Assembly (NCBI RefSeq): GCF_000008645.1
Contig: NC_000916.1
Coordinates: 1-32,000 of the forward strand
Source of the DNA: Methanothermobacter thermautotrophicus str. Delta H
GTDB taxonomy: Archaea > Methanobacteriota > Methanobacteria > Methanobacteriales > Methanothermobacteraceae
DNA: 32,000 nucleotides
Direction of reading: 5' to 3'
Shown: piece after piece, positions 31,339-32,000 of the stretch
How the letters are laid out: each line of letters starts with the position of its first letter
Position numbering within the stretch: the first letter of the stretch is position 1
Translations under genes and position numbers: made by a program
The notes under the pieces: generated by a model
Databases searched by the model: none
Told to the model about the DNA's origin: nothing
The model's input: the letters and a program-made list of their open reading frames with translations, nothing else

Positions 31339-31458
31339 CCAGCAGTGATCCGGCTTCTTCACAGGCTGGGGATTCAGCACAGCAATTTTTATTAACTCCA
31401 GTGGACTACATGATAATATCATTCTTCTCGTGTTGAATTAACTTCTGGAGGATAAATC

Positions 31459-32000
31459 ATGGTGACTGTAAACGAGAACTACCTGCTACTTAAAAGCAGC
31501 TACATATTCTCCGAGATAAACAGGAGAGTTGAGGAATTCCAGAGAAAAAATCCTGACGCTGACATAATCAGGATGGGTATAGGTGATGTGACAAGGCCCC
31601 TCCCGGAGGCAGTTGTTGAGGCCTTCCACAGGGCCGTTGATGAGATGGCAGAGGAGGAGACATTCAGGGGCTACGGACCGGAACAGGGATACCCCTTCCT
31701 CAGGGAGGCCATAGCAGAGAACGACTACGCTTCAAGGGGAGTTGATATCACAGCAGATGAGATCTTCATAAGCGACGGTGCCAAGTGCGACACAGGAAAC
31801 ATCCAGGAGATCTTTGGACTCGACAACGTTGTCGCTGTCACAGACCCTGTCTACCCTGTTTACGTTGAGAGCAACGTCATGGCAGGACGTGCCGGCCCGG
31901 CAGACGACGATGGAAGATACAGTGGACTTGTCTACCTCCCATGTACAGAGGAGAACAGCTTCATACCCTCCCTCCCAGAGGAGAGGGTGGACCTCATCTA
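31459..32000 (+). CDS. dapL: LL-diaminopimelate aminotransferase, N-terminal part (runs off window)
   Basis: Hand translation [94 protein letters not shown]...; open to the window end; GGAGG upstream; absent from the ORF track. Confidence 0.93.
   Translation, partial: MVTVNENYLLLKSSYIFSEINRRVEEFQRKNPDADIIRMGIGDVTRPLPEAVVEAFHRAVDEMAEEETFRGYGPEQGYPFLREAIAENDYASRGVDITADEIFISDGAKCDTGNIQEIFGLDNVVAVTDPVYPVYVESNVMAGRAGPADDDGRYSGLVYLPCTEENSFIPSLPEERVDLI

Overview
This window is a gene-dense archaeal chromosomal segment. Content and order match the ribosomal-protein superoperon of a Methanothermobacter-type methanogen (recognised from gene order and protein sequences; no database search was run). All confident genes are on the + strand. 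The order is: SPOUT/DUF171 methyltransferase; uL3-uL4-uL23-uL2-uS19-uL22-uS3-uL29-aIF1-Rnp1/Rpp29-uS17-uL14-uL24-eS4-uL5-uS14-uS8-uL6-eL32; eL19-uL18-uS5-uL30-uL15-SecY-Adk-DUF106/EMC3-like-eL34-Cmk-eL14-Cbf5/TruB; tRNA-Ser(GGA); uS13-uS4-uS11-RpoD-eL18-uL13-uS9; RpoN-tRNA-Pro-RpoK-Eno-uS2-MEMO-mevalonate kinase-isopentenyl phosphate kinase; type II IPP isomerase-RNase J-prenyl diphosphate synthase-GltX; and a partial LL-diaminopimelate aminotransferase. I see no CRISPR array, mobile element, defence locus or other accessory system. The most interesting details are: (1) a tRNA-Pro(GGG) gene starting immediately after the rpoN stop codon, which folds with two bulge-helix-bulge introns (32/33 and 37/38) and gives a mature loop with C33; (2) uL13 and uS9 in one uninterrupted reading frame; (3) an apparent late frameshift in cytidylate kinase; (4) several unexplained intergenic inverted repeats; (5) uS14, RpoN and the partial DapL, all missing from the supplied ORF track.
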